DNA of 64,000 nt, taken from Podarcis bocagei (lineage: Eukaryota). A program made the position numbers and the translations under genes. The stretch lies in NCBI GenBank assembly GCA_964188305.1, contig OZ076885.1; one strand, given 5' to 3'. This document shows positions 28,701 to 39,119 of the stretch, one piece after another; the stretch's first letter is position 1, and each line of letters starts with the position of its first letter. The notes beneath the pieces are model-generated. The model was not told the DNA's origin. It made no database searches and saw nothing but the letters and a program-made list of their open reading frames with translations.

Positions 28701-31700
28701 GTCTGAACAATACTTCATTATGGACATTAAAACTGAACAACTTTTCCGAAATTGAAGTGGGCCTAACAATTTTACTACACAAAGGCAGGCAGTTGTTTAT
28801 GAGTTATGTTGGGAGGTCCAGAATCCGACATATTAGGTTAAAAACAAGCAACCATCCATCAACTTTCCCAAGAGAGGTGACAAAGCGATAAGATAAAATC
28901 GTAACATAGGAATATATTTTATACCAAGTCAGACCACTGGTCCATCAAGCTAGGTACAACCCACACAGGCTCCAGAGTTTCAAGCAGGATTCTTTCCCAA
29001 CCCTTCCTAGAGCTGCCAGCATTTTAACCTGGGGCCTTTTGAATGAAAAGCATGTGCTCCCCCACTCAGCTTGGCCCTTCCCCAAATTAATGCTTCCAAA
29101 GTATGACTGTTCCCCTTGAAAGGATCAGTGACATTCCCAATAACCAGTCATCTTCAGAAGGCTGGAGCTGACTGGCAATAAACTTAAGCATAAGGGGGAA
29201 GCCTCGCTGGCAAACATCCATAGAGATGGCAATCAAAACACTCAAGAAAACTAGGTAACATAGGTTATATTTTTTTAACAAGCCACACAAAGTTCACTTA
29301 AATAGGCATGGATTCAGACCAACAACTGAAGTGGTGACTGCTCATCTGAATCACAGCCAGCTAACTCCTGGATCACCCCACATGTCATATGAATTCCAGG
29401 AGTTGGAATTATCTCAGGACTGTACTGAATTCGCTGTTCATACATGAGCTTTGCACACATAAGAGCAACATTAAATGTAACACCTGTTGAACCAAGTTCA
29501 CCCTCAAGAAGCAATCACACCTTTAGAACAGCATGTGAGACATCCTTTTCTAGTTCTTCTAGGAGAAGCAAGAACTCAGTTTCTCTCTGGAGAGCTTCTG
29601 GAACTGTTTTCTGGAATGATTGGAGGAGAGAGAGAAAAGAAATTGGAATGATATGTATTAGAATAGGTATGCAAATAAAATACCGTATTTTCCTGTGTAT
29701 ACCCCCCCCCCGTGTATAACACAACCCCTATTTTGGGGGACTCAAATTTATGAAAATGGGGGAAGACGACCCCCGTTTTTAACATTATTTTAGAGTAAAA
29801 AAAACCTAGTCTTATACACAGAAAAGTACAGTATATCTACTGAGAGCTTCTTGGTAGACATTTTAGATGTTTTAAAGCTTTTAGGAGCTGGGGAGAGATT
29901 GCAACTTATTTCCCAGTCTACTTTGATACTTCCTGCTCAAATAGACTAATTTCAAATAGACTAATTCAGTCAACAACTTTACTTGCCAGTACTTATAAAC
30001 CAAATATTTGGTTCAATTAGTTTTAAAAAATGACAGCTACAATCTAAGGAAACAATTTGTGGGAACCTTGCAGAGAGCTGGAGGGTGGTGCTTTGGGGGG
30101 GGGCATTGCCAAATCTAAAAGAATTTTTTTGCCCCACTGATTCAGTAAGACTGCCAACTTTCTTACTGAGTCAACTCCTATGACTATACCAGCTGCTTAG
30201 CACACAGAAACGAAGCAGAATATTTTCTTATCACTTTATCCCCATGTCAGAATCTATATCTGTGTAAGTTCTGCATGTCAGTCTGCCTTTCAATGCACAA
30301 GGGCAGGAACATCAAAAACTTAGAACTGCCACTGGTGTTTTGCAAGAACTGAAAAGAAAGCATCATTATATGCATCATTTTGCTATTTGAACAGAGCTAG
30401 CTATTTTGCATTGTGGCCTATCCATTCAGAATATCAACAGGACTTGCACTATCAAACTAATTGAAGAAGAGCATAATGTTATGGTCATAGCCAGGCATAG
30501 GCAAACTCAGCTCTCCAGATGTTTTGAGACTACAGTTCCCATCACCCCTGACCACTGGTCCTGTTAGCTAGGGATCATGGTAGTTGTAGTCCCAAAACAG
30601 CTGGAGGGCTGAGTTTGCCTATGCCTGGTCATAGCCAAAGCCTTCTTTAATAGCCTTCTGATTTATTTATTTTTGTAATTACTAAAACAGCAGCAATTAT
30701 CAAACTTCATTGGGTGCTACAAAATTTCTCAAATTAGGACAGAAGTATTTTCTTATCTGGAATGGAACAGATTTTTTTTACCTGCTCCCATGCGAGCCAC
30801 GTCTGCAAAACAAGGAGCCAAAACCAAGCAAGTTTTTGAGGACTGTGGTTCGATCCACACCTACAAGGAGACATCCCCAAATTAGTCATTTTTCATACTA
30901 AATTCATTTATCTAGAAATGTCAGTAACTTTTGAACTGCTTTGAACTGCAGCCCTAGCGAGAGCAGCTCATAACCCCCCAAAGCAATGGTGCTCAAAGCT
31001 CTACCACAATCGAATCCATTCTTGAACAAAGGAAATTCAAAGGGAGACTGCAAGAGGAAAGCAGTAAATGGCAGTATATCAAGAGGTTCAGTACTATTGC
31101 TTGTCTATGGAATTGCCACAATCATTTGTCATCACATTACATGTAATAACTGACTTACAAATGTCAGGATACATTGCTTTTTGTGAATCGTCCCTGTTAT
31201 GTAATTCTTACCATCTTCACATATGCATTCCACTTCCTGCTTTCCTCAAAGTTCACAATCACTCTTCCCCTCTGCAAATATCTATGTTCCTGCTATTCAG
31301 GATAACACTTCATGTATCCAATGGTGAACTGGAGTTGACAGAAGTCGATATCATAATAAATTTGTTAGTCAATAACCTTTGTTATTTGTGTTGCAAAAGA
31401 CTAAGACCGCTGCCCTTTTGAAAGTAATAAGGAACACACTCAAAACATACTTTAAGGCTGCATTCACTTTAATATTTCAATGTTTTAATGTTGTATTTTA
31501 ATCTTGTTTTTAAGTTGTATTCATTCAACTTGTTTTTATTATTGCTTGTTAGCCGCCCTGAGCCCGGCCTTGGCTGGGAAGGGCGGGGTATAAATTAAAA
31601 TTATTATTATTATTATTACCTGGGAATAAGCCCCACTGAAAATAATGGGACTTTCTTTGGAGCATCTATGTACAGGACTGCACTGTAATATTTTAAAACT

Positions 31701-31948
31701 TGCAACTTTTTCACACACTTTCAACTGTTAGTTACCAAAAGTCGATGTAGTGCTCACCTTAGATGAGAAGGGCAGACTATTAGAGCATGAAGGATCCTTT
31801 CCACTTTTTCACAGCCATCTTCCTGCCACCGGTGTAATTGAGGAATGCAGGCCTGTGCAAGTTCCCAGTCTTCCCTCTTCACACAATCACAAAAAAACCA
31901 GAAGAGCCGTTCCAGGGATGCAGATTCCTCCTTACCAAATGGATGCAT
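1..31948 (-). CDS. ZFYVE26: ZFYVE26 (spastizin/SPG15), spliced CDS span; 34 coding exons in window, 3' end truncated by the window edge
   Basis: N-terminus MHPFGKEE..., FYVE motif WIPD..C..C...RRHHCRRCG...RVC and C-terminal blocks match spastizin as recalled. All 34 exons have AG/GT boundaries and chain in frame. Confidence 0.97.
1760..2085 (-). mobile_element. Truncated, decayed copy of the same L2-like LINE
   Basis: Similar to 39120-39460 (LQGTRQRAFSVV; 3' stem-loop). Confidence 0.85.
2536..2745 (-). CDS. ZFYVE26: ZFYVE26 exon (210 nt)
   Basis: VSTKTGLDPGGAWHAWGMACLKAGNL..YLESTVKPIISV. Confidence 0.95.
2947..3053 (+). mobile_element. 5'-truncated Sauria SINE
   Basis: Near-identical to the 3' third of 27713-28064; TAATCA direct repeat on both flanks. 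Confidence 0.88.
3602..3749 (-). CDS. ZFYVE26: ZFYVE26 exon (148 nt)
   Basis: YISKVDVLHILV..RLRNQLLEAEYYQLAVE. Confidence 0.95.
3954..4174 (-). CDS. ZFYVE26: ZFYVE26 exon (221 nt)
   Basis: APSASLCIAIFNLH..KQLLFSAKMMFVKAG. Confidence 0.95.
5063..5196 (-). CDS. ZFYVE26: ZFYVE26 exon (134 nt)
   Basis: LEWLLSLREEENEIVRTEFYYEQ. Confidence 0.9.
6163..6194 (-). CDS. ZFYVE26: ZFYVE26 small exon (32 nt)
   Basis: ttttctcttttcatag / 32 nt TKVADQDQEE / gtgag; phase 2-1 fits both neighbours. Confidence 0.8.
6484..6653 (-). CDS. ZFYVE26: ZFYVE26 FYVE core exon (donor position inferred)
   Basis: FNRRHHCRRCGRLVCSSCS..RVCDQCY; the first phase-compatible GT donor is AT|GTGTGT at 6484. Confidence 0.8.
6864..7021 (-). 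CDS. ZFYVE26: ZFYVE26 exon (158 nt), start of FYVE domain
   Basis: EFVPPEKPPPKQQWIPDETEVTCMVCKTERFTM. Confidence 0.9.
7319..7417 (-). CDS. ZFYVE26: ZFYVE26 exon (99 nt)
   Basis: SVIQMQENLCRGSESDTLSKS. Confidence 0.9.
7996..8242 (-). CDS. ZFYVE26: ZFYVE26 exon (247 nt)
   Basis: VLLTLPEPYRANYSHL..MLEQLLMNMKVDW. Confidence 0.94.
8412..8588 (-). CDS. ZFYVE26: ZFYVE26 exon (177 nt)
   Basis: LLQRIEDPD..SHFLADYLTTHFY..ALYMGSK. Confidence 0.94.
9139..9261 (-). CDS. ZFYVE26: ZFYVE26 exon (123 nt)
   Basis: DHELCEEWGNLYPVPRDDLISLHQEHLLHLLE. Confidence 0.93.
9613..9717 (-). CDS. ZFYVE26: ZFYVE26 exon (105 nt)
   Basis: ILSLQDVTLWHDWQDLKRACTDDPQTVVGVILEAK. Confidence 0.93.
9939..10135 (-). CDS. ZFYVE26: ZFYVE26 exon (197 nt)
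   Basis: KDGWQYLFRVRDALLRSRLAL..ELQVYQK. Confidence 0.93.
11053..11792 (-). CDS. ZFYVE26: ZFYVE26 exon (740 nt)
   Basis: LLAKEELNLNVQEVIISCCC..QDAVLSCAAAD. Confidence 0.94.
11938..12043 (-). CDS. ZFYVE26: ZFYVE26 exon (106 nt)
   Basis: RVANPFLLLQQSPPHLLSQLLFERQVAPD. Confidence 0.92.
12401..12628 (-). CDS. ZFYVE26: ZFYVE26 exon (228 nt)
   Basis: EQASLKPAELEAHP..LAAVLLRSLTSEL. Confidence 0.92.
12742..12965 (+). mobile_element. tRNA-derived SINE, second family (fragment also at 12260-12311)
   Basis: gccagtgtggc..gggtttaaatccccactcagccatgaa head and A-rich tail. Confidence 0.6.
13257..13669. mobile_element. Tc1/mariner-like MITE (family 2)
   Basis: TA-CTGTATTTTTTCATGTATAA ... CTTAT..TACAG-TA; shares sequence with 29683-29831. 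Confidence 0.65.
13751..13915 (-). CDS. ZFYVE26: ZFYVE26 exon (165 nt)
   Basis: CSIADLMQTCYPVLTENC..LSQDFDQILQ. Confidence 0.92.
14237..14372. mobile_element. Decayed hAT-type MITE (relatives at ~36343-36470, ~40143-40250, ~42110-42228)
   Basis: Shared core ccctccagatgttg..ctacaactcccatca..tgatggga..catctggagg. Confidence 0.6.
15233..15343 (-). CDS. ZFYVE26: ZFYVE26 exon (111 nt)
   Basis: RRLDSLLQGFLGMRGFPAVLQQISK. Confidence 0.92.
15384..15409. repeat. (GA)n microsatellite
   Basis: Read directly; forms a pyrimidine tract upstream of a minus-strand acceptor. Confidence 0.95.
15533..15796 (-). CDS. ZFYVE26: ZFYVE26 exon (264 nt)
   Basis: MVFYSISDVTNKLL..LWKTCKQLLETA. Confidence 0.94.
16082..16123. 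repeat. (GT)n microsatellite
   Basis: Read directly. Confidence 0.95.
16685..16747. repeat. Compound (GT)n(CTGT)n microsatellite
   Basis: Read directly. Confidence 0.95.
16794..16992 (-). CDS. ZFYVE26: ZFYVE26 exon (199 nt)
   Basis: GELIFLEHYQEVIKEL..GRSTLQAIGSAAAA. Confidence 0.93.
17675..17823 (-). CDS. ZFYVE26: ZFYVE26 exon (149 nt)
   Basis: QNSLIPMMLSPPESLLVACILRGNYVEAHQ. Confidence 0.92.
18528..18599 (-). CDS. ZFYVE26: ZFYVE26 exon (72 nt)
   Basis: QKKGTSDPSLASTSSELSLTSTS. Confidence 0.88.
19075..19398. mobile_element. Tc1/mariner-superfamily (Tigger-like) MITE
   Basis: TIRs CAGTGGTGCCTCGCAAGA / TCTTGTGGGGCACCACTG, TA on both flanks. Confidence 0.85.
19528..19620 (-). CDS. ZFYVE26: ZFYVE26 exon (93 nt)
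   Basis: GQRVPSKTCGNLTRGSSSKRRHSLSQRPKP; phase 1-1, AG/GTGAG. Confidence 0.82.
19852..20035. mobile_element. hAT-type MITE
   Basis: CAGTGGTAGTCAA../..TTGACAACCCC; 8-bp TSD GTGTAAAC. Confidence 0.75.
20637..21296 (-). CDS. ZFYVE26: ZFYVE26 exon (660 nt)
   Basis: LFAQYLAKCQQFL..LDLKHF..SEAQWRHKIVLSNRNA. Confidence 0.93.
22789..22916. mobile_element. hAT-type MITE
   Basis: CAGTGATGGCCAAAC / GTTTGGCCACCACTG; 8-bp TSD CCCTACAC. Confidence 0.85.
23283..23495 (-). CDS. ZFYVE26: ZFYVE26 exon (213 nt)
   Basis: NLILFQAFCAMKYAIYALCVNAHK. Confidence 0.9.
24296..24459 (-). CDS. ZFYVE26: ZFYVE26 exon (164 nt)
   Basis: NIIPEKVLLQHLHSLESHTSLYFLHHLTNL. Confidence 0.93.
24780..24868 (-). CDS. ZFYVE26: ZFYVE26 exon (89 nt)
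   Basis: GLHNDSVLKDFCDGLCAQVEVLEWCIQQN. Confidence 0.93.
25007..25171 (-). CDS. ZFYVE26: ZFYVE26 exon (165 nt)
   Basis: GTALTLLKREDF..LLGWTQCHSLESAK. Confidence 0.93.
26029..26159 (-). CDS. ZFYVE26: ZFYVE26 exon (131 nt)
   Basis: LDAERAVMALF..WKAAYFYCLSSNKHFLEQIL. Confidence 0.93.
26329..26869 (-). CDS. ZFYVE26: ZFYVE26 exon (541 nt)
   Basis: ELYEAFGNR..SPLKEERLLGCLLRK..SPGK. Confidence 0.93.
27713..28064 (+). mobile_element. Full-length Sauria SINE (tRNA-derived)
   Basis: GGGACGCGGGTGGCGCTGTGG A box, GGTTCGAATCC B box, (TTTACC)n tail. 14-bp TSD CTAGCCTCTCTTGT at 27699-27712 and 28065-28078. Confidence 0.92.
29521..29610 (-). CDS. ZFYVE26: ZFYVE26 exon (90 nt)
   Basis: KTVPEALQRETEFLLLLEELEKDVSHAVLK. 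Confidence 0.92.
29683..29831. mobile_element. Tc1/mariner-like MITE (family 2), short
   Basis: CCGTATTTTCCTGTGTATA / TATACACAGAAAAGTACAG TIRs, TA flanks. Confidence 0.75.
30492..30627. mobile_element. hAT-type MITE
   Basis: Perfect TIRs CAGGCATAGGCAAACTCAGC / GCTGAGTTTGCCTATGCCTG; 8-bp TSD GTCATAGC. Confidence 0.88.
30782..30860 (-). CDS. ZFYVE26: ZFYVE26 exon (79 nt)
   Basis: CGSNHSPQKLAWFWLLVLQTWLAWEQ; AG/GT. Confidence 0.92.
31758..31948 (-). CDS. ZFYVE26: ZFYVE26 first coding exon
   Basis: MHPFGKEESASLERLFWFFCDC..; donor AG|GTGAG. Confidence 0.95.
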
Positions 31949-32959
31949 CTTCCTGCTTCAAAATGCAAAGACTGGAACACATTAGATCCTATTCTTAAAT
32001 CATATCTGTCAAACATTCACTTACAATGCACTTCCTAAAATGAGAGATGGAAATTTACAGAAAGATTCATGTCTAGAAGTGGAACTTTAGTCTTTCCCTA
32101 CACAAAGTTAAAATGTCTAGCAGGACAGACAGCTAACCTAATACATTTGATTGTCCACATAAACAAACAAACACTTTTATAAAATAACAAGAATAGCAAT
32201 TGTCTTGTTTGCCCATTGAAAATCCGTCAAAACATTTGCAGGTAAACAGGTGAGAGTGAAAACAGGAAAGTGTAAACTGCAGCTGTCTAGCCTTCCCTCA
32301 GGCCTAACAATAACAAGTTGAGAGACTAAGCTGATCTTGAGTGGAAATACAGGGGACAGTATGGATGGCAAGGGAAGCTATAAAAAGGGATTAAATCTCT
32401 GTGAGGATATGGAAATCTCTGAGGGTGCTGGGGCTGAGCCTAAGCCAGAGACGGTTAGCAAATTCTGCATTAAGAAGAGCAAAACCTTTTAGCCCAGCAA
32501 GAATTATTCCTGCAGGTTAAAAAACTCCCCCAAAACTTTAAGTCATCTAGTGGACTCATTAATAAACCAGGGCTCATTTATTATACCTGAACAGTTCTTA
32601 TGGTGCCACATTCGACTTAACTGCTCTGTGGGAAACTTTCCACTGCCAAATAAACTTTGCCCAGCTAATCTATGATGAATCAAGCCCCATTGCTCATGCA
32701 ACTTGCTCCAATTCACATTTCAGTTTCTTAAAGAAGTACCTTGAGAGGCAGTACTATTCAAGTATCAAGCTTAAAAGTAGGTACCTTCACTCAGAATTAC
32801 GTCCCACCAAACAAGCTTAGTAGAGCTGACTCCAAAGAGGGCAAAAGAATGTATCACTGACGTTCCGTGGCTGCTTTTTATACTTGACAACTTTGCTAAA
32901 AGGTTACTCTCATCACGTGGGCAACTGTTAATTTAAAAGCCTGGCTATATTTAAATAAC

Positions 32960-33500
32960 CACCCGCAACAGTCTACTAGTGCCTTCCTCGCTCGTCTCGG
33001 CAAGCAAGCTGCCGTGCCCATCTCATGTGAACTTCTCCGCCTAAATACCCCCGGCAGGAGGCTCTCCTGCGTCCTCCTCCGAGTCTCGTCTCACCCAGCG
33101 GAGTTTTTCCTTTTCGCCCCCACCCTCCGCATACTTTCCCCCGGCATGCAAAGGCAGCGCAGGTAGGGAACCAGCAACTCGTGCCTCGCATAGGACCCAC
33201 CTGGAAGAGAGGTCCAATCACCAGTAGAATATACACTCGCCTCGTCTCAGGAGTTTATCCTGCTGTCATCAGCGCTACCTGCACTCCCAGACAGAATCAA
33301 GTCCGGTTGCCGCGGCCATGTTGAAAAGCTAATCAGGTGATCGAAGCGACAGGCGGAACAACCGGCTTATTGGGCAAGGGGGACGCCATCTTTCTCTAGG
33401 GCATTGAAGCCCAACAGTTGCCATCTCTGAAGCGGGCAAAAATATCACGTGTCTGGAAAGACAGGCGCTCGTGGTCCGCATAACGTACAATTTATTTACT
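32960..33500. promoter_or_regulatory. CpG-rich promoter and non-coding exon 1 of ZFYVE26 (donor at 33279), probably bidirectional
   Basis: CpG-dense segment. YY1-type GCCATGTT 33315-33322 and GCCATCTT 33385-33392, CCAAT (minus) 33369-33373, TCACGTG E-box 33445-33451, minus-strand donor CAG|GTAGCG at 33279. Confidence 0.75.
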
Positions 33501-34947
33501 GATTTTTAAAATTTTGTATTCATCCGAAGATCCCGTTCTCCCTTATCCTCTCTAGTTCGGTTGGCTGGGATTTACCCAGATTTACCATACAGTCCTCCTT
33601 TATTCCACTAGCTGGCCGGATCCCTAGCTTTCGTTATAGAAAATAAAATAAGCTAGTGTCTCATCAGGCAAAACGTGTAGGCCTTCCGAGCCATTCTTCT
33701 TTTTTTAAAAAAGCTACTGTAGCCTGCTGTCATATTTTAATGTTGCTAGCATATGAAGCAAGTAATAACTGTGACTGACATTTAGGAAAGCAGAGCACAC
33801 AGACTAAAATGCTAGACTGACACACCTACTGTCTGGAACTTCTTGATTCATTTTGAAGTCTGGAGGCGACTTCAACGGAGAAATGGTTATGGCCCTATAG
33901 AAAACAATTCTGAAATTGAGGGTTATTGTGTAGCTGTGATTGGGCCTGTGCACCCCAAAACAAAAGGTAGTAAGTCTCTCCAAGTCATCTTTTACATCAA
34001 GAAAACGGATCACCCCAACCTTTGCAAACATATTAAACAGTTAACATGCCAATACTTAATGCTAATAAAATTAATCATTAAGAGAATAGGGGGTATTTTA
34101 TATGGCAAAGTGGTCTAATATTGTTATACTCATATTGCTAAGAGGTGGAAGAGAGTACAGTAGTTTACTACAACCCTGCAGTGCAGTTCAGAGAATCCAG
34201 GACTGGTATATTTCAGGAAATACCTTTGTGGGACCCACATTACATGTGAATGCATCTAGTCCCTTTGGAGGGAGGTGACTCTTTTATAGTGTTTATTATT
34301 AGAGCTTCTAATAGCAAATAACTCGTTAGGTCAATGAAGACTGCAATCTCTCTTACCTTGGAGTAAGTCCTGCAGAACTGAGTGTTACTTGCTTCTGATT
34401 ATAGGATTGCGATGTGTAGGGTGAAAAAACTTGTTATATTTTCATTTCATTGGGTGCCATTTACTTCACCATTCAGGTCTGATCGTGAACTAATTTACTT
34501 CAGCCTTATTGTCAGTCTTAGTGCTTTTCAACACAATGAATTTCATGTACTTCCAGGCATTATTTATTTATATGCCATTGTATGTGACAAGGGTACAAGT
34601 ATATCCTCTATTATATGTGTATAAAAACTGTTGTTGTTTTTGCACCTCTGAAGCCATTATTTGAAACTTACTGGTTGATCAATGGCTAAATGAAAATTCC
34701 CCTATTCCCAAAGCATTATGTCAAATATTCTTCCCTCTTACTCTGTCCAGCATCCATCTGAAGATGTTGACTGTTGTGTGACTCAGCTATCTGCATGGGT
34801 GGTGTCTAACTGGTGTTTGCTAGAGATAATGTTCCCCACTACATCCTCTATTCTGGCTCTTTTGTTTGTTTTGCTTATAGGCAGGAAAAGAACAAAACTT
34901 TTTCCATAGACTTCTAAGAAGGCCTGCGTGTAACAGGCCAAAAAAAC

Positions 34948-34974
34948 ATGACGGAAAATGACAGGTGCACAACT
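34948..34974 (+). CDS. Galectin-like first coding exon (MTENDRCTT)
   Basis: aaacATG with A at -3, donor ACT|GTAAGT in phase 0. Upstream acceptor tttgcttatag at 34880 implies a further 5' non-coding exon. Confidence 0.7.
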
Positions 34975-37900
34975 GTAAGTATTGAAAAACCTACTTTCTA
35001 CTTTATTGCAAGCCTATTTATTTGTGTAAGTATGTAAAGAGGAAGAGGCGAATGAGTTTTTATTTAACTTATTCATTTTAATGTTACATCTCTTTGAATC
35101 CTGGAAAAAAAAATCAGATATGGGTTTGCCTGCCAGTGCTAATCCCGTAAATGTCTTTGTTTGGCTGCAGCATCCACATTGTTCAGACAGAGTGCTATTA
35201 AATGCTTCTGATGCACTGAAATCAGAAGCAGAAAAAGAGGGCTCATAGAGTGGGAGGCCACACAAACTGAACCAGTCTGTTCCCCTTTGCGAGTACAGCA
35301 GCATACATTTCCTCCATACATTTACCATATTGTAAATAAGCCAAGCGATTCCCTACCCATTTTAAGTGACTATGTCAGTGAAAGGTGTCAGTCAAGGCTG
35401 CAGTTCCTGCCAACCATGAAATTATTAGTTGTGAGATAACATGATTGTTTTAGATGTTTGAAACTGCTTTAAGTCCATTTTTATTTTTCATTTTTAAAAA
35501 ATCACTTGCCACCTTGGCAAGAAGGGCAGGATATAAATTTAATAATAATAAATTGCCACGGAATGCAGTGAGACTTACTTCTGAGTAAATCAATTGAGAA
35601 CCAGGCTGCACAAGAAAAGCTACTGCAAAGTACTTCTGTGGCTGGCATTTTAAGATTAAGATTCTATAGAAATAACTGGTTAAATAGAAAATGGAAAATG
35701 TTTTGCAACTGTGAAGCTTTAACATAACCAATGACGGTCATGAAAACTTTTTAAAAATGCATATCAAGTAACCACACCCATCCTTGTGGATGGCAGGGCC
35801 AGGAATCAATCTAGATTGAAAGCAGCATGCTAAAGACAAGCATGAACTATTCCAGACTGAGAAAACACTATATTTTTGTGCTACAAATGGCTTGGTGTTT
35901 GTGCAGGCATTGTGGTGCAGTACAGAATCAATCTGCAAGGAGCTTTTATTTTTGGAATGAAGCACTTTTCAGGAGCAAATAGATCTAGATTGTTTGTGTA
36001 CTATGTAGAGAAAAACAAGCACTCAGTTTCCTTTGATTCTAGAATAAAATGTCATGTGCACAGCTTAAGAGTCATCCAGTACAGTACATTTTTGTACTGG
36101 CAGTTCATAATTGCTCTGGGAGGTGTTTGGACACACATTTCAAACATTCCAGATTACATTCCATTCTGTGATCAGTGCTTTTTCATTGTCTAGCAAGTAT
36201 TCATGCGATAGGTCCCCTCACTCCATCTCTCCAAAGGACTGGAGGGAAAGAGTTCAAAGTTATGCCTGAATACGAGATTAGTGGTTTTGTTCTTGGAGTA
36301 TTCAAGAAGGTTTCAATGAAGGATTGCTATGCCTCTAGTGAGCAAGGGATGTGGCACCTTTGACCCTCCAGATGTTGTTGGACTCAAGAGCTCCCATCAG
36401 CTGCAGCCAGCATAGCCAATGGTCATTTTAATACATCAACATCTGGAGGGCCACAGGTGCATTATCCCTGCTGAGTAGCCATCTCTCTTAAACAGGATTT
36501 GGCAGTGGGTATAGGGTGGGAGGAGATTGTAATGCTTCAAAAACTGACAAAGTATTTACAACCAGAGACCATGCTTTAGCATATAAATAAAAAAACAATA
36601 GTTCTGAAATAAGAGGCATATTGTTATGTGCTACCCCAATCTCTGAGTGGTGAGAAATTCCAGGAGTTCCAGTGCTTACCTAGGGTTTGGCTTCCTTGAA
36701 ATGAAAGTCAGTGGAGACGACACTTTCTTTAGGATCAGGGGTAGCAATTCCCATTTCATCGCTTGTGTCCTCCCCTGCAGTTTTATCCTCACAAAAGCCC
36801 TTTGAGGTAGCTAAGGAAGAGAGAGATGGGTCACCTAGTGAGCTTTATAGTTTAGGATTTGACTCTGGGGCTGTGTATACACCATACATTTGAAGCACTT
36901 TACCTCTCACAGAACCACAATTTCCAGCACCCTTAATAAACTACAGTTCCTAGATTCTTTGGGGGGAAGTCATGTGCTTTAAATATATGTTGTGTGTACA
37001 CAGCCACAGGTCTCCATTTCCAGTCTCACATTGTAAGCATTGTATTACACTGACTGTTCACTACACATTTATTAAGTCTAGAGCAGGGGTCAGCAACCTT
37101 TTTCAGCTGTGGGCCGGTCCACTATCCCTCAGACCATGTGGTGGGCCAGACTATATTTTGAAAGAAAATATGAATGAATTCCTATGCCCCACAAATAACC
37201 CAGAGATGCATTTTAAATAAAAGCACACATTCTACTCATGTAAAAACACCAGGCAGGCCCCACAAATAACCCGGAGATGCATTTTAAATAAAAGGACACC
37301 TTCTACTCATGTAAAAACACGCTGATTCCCGGACCATCTGCAGGCCGGATTGAGAAGGTGATTGGGCTGCATCCATCCCCTGGGCCTTAGTTTGCCTACC
37401 CCTGGTCTAGAGTAACCCAAGTGTGAAATGAGGTTATTCAACCTTTTCGGGCTTGAGGGTACATTTGGAACTGTTGGAGGTACCATAAATATCCATTTCA
37501 CGGAAGAAAAACAGGTGATGCTCACCCACCCCCATAACATGCAAAACACCTAGTCCTCCCCACAAACTCCCCCAAATAAAACCGAGACAAAAAAAGCAGG
37601 CAATCTTTCTAAAAGTCAGCTTCCTAACCAACCAAAAGCCCAAAAAACTACTTTAAAAAATTGAGAGGAGTCAGGGCCTTGACAAGTGCCAAGGGGGCTG
37701 TCTGAAAATGATGTAGGGCCCACATTGTGGGCCCCAGGTGTAAAGAAATGCTTTCATGAGGCAGCGCAATCCTCAGCAAGACCTACGGTTCAAGGTAGCA
37801 CTCTTGTGTACAGTTATCTGGGTGTAACCCTCAGTGAACTCCAGTTAAAAGGTTTGAGCTTCACACCCATTTTCCTTTCTCCTGCAGGGTGGCTCTTTGG

Positions 37901-39071
37901 ATGAAAGACTGTAGCTCAGTTGTAGGTAGAGCACTTGCTCTGCATGCCTAAGGTCCCAGGGTCAAACCCCAGCATCTCCAGAGAGGACTGGGAATGTCCG
38001 CTGTCTGAAACCCTGGAGAGCCACTGCCAGTCACATTATTCCAGTACCGAGCAAGATGAACCAATAGTCTGACTTGGCATAAGACAGATTTCTATGTTGT
38101 TGTTTTTAATGCAGAGCTTAAAAGACAGGTACACCTAGGAAGAAAACTCCTGTGTACGTATAGTATTAGTAATAGATAAATATGCAGCTTTGTATTTTAT
38201 TGTACAGATGTCATTTTCAAACACATATTCAGAATTATTGTTTCCCCCATTAGGTGGAGAAATACGTCGGTGAGATTAAAGGAGGACTAAGGCCAACCAT
38301 GAAAATCACTATCATGGGGGTAATATGCCCTGCCCCCAAGAGGCAAGTGTGTCAGCCGGCATTCTAGCAGCTGCTTCATGGATGTATCTGGCGAAAATTG
38401 CTCATAGGTGCAGATCTATTGAGGAATAGCATTAGCTGGGCAAAAAGGGAGAGATAGTATTGTCAATATGGAGAACATCAGAGGAGCACTGAACATAATT
38501 CACTATTTCTGAGCACTGTAGCTCAGCACAGCATAACTGACCATTCTTAGCTCACACATCCAGACACTAGTCCCTTCCAATTCTAATCTTCTATGATTCC
38601 ATAATTAAGTCTCCTGTGAGCCCAAAGTAATCACTCAAAAAGATGGCTGCCTGCTGGAACTCTGCATGCTTCTTTCAATTCGCCTTCGCTGGGGATGGGT
38701 AATCCTGCTGACCCATCGCTGCTTCAGTTGTGGCTGGAGCACTGAATGATCCTGATTCATCACAGAATTGCCTCTACTGTCACCAAGGCTCCCTATTGCC
38801 CCCCCCCCCCGCATGAGCCAGTGCTGTGTGCTTCCATCCTTCCCATTGGGAGGGCAGGGGAAAGGGGTCGTAATTTTGCTATATTTGTTTGTTTGACTGG
38901 ATCATTCCAACACTTCTGATGCAAAGATGGAGGAGAAATAGCTGTTCCCAGAGGAGGCATTCCCAGAATAATGCCCCATGCACAGAGCCAGCCGTATCAG
39001 TAGGCAGAAAGCGGGAACCCAACTGTTTCTTCTGTACCGCCCAGCTGTTTCCTTCTGTTGCTGTTTTGTTC

Positions 39072-39119
<48 letters not shown>

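Noticed and set aside
33500-34880. RAD51B expected head-to-head with ZFYVE26
   Set aside because: No RAD51B-like coding sequence recognised
37905-37980. tRNA-like sequence
   Set aside because: Degenerate cloverleaf continuing into a body shared with other copies, so a SINE head rather than a tRNA gene
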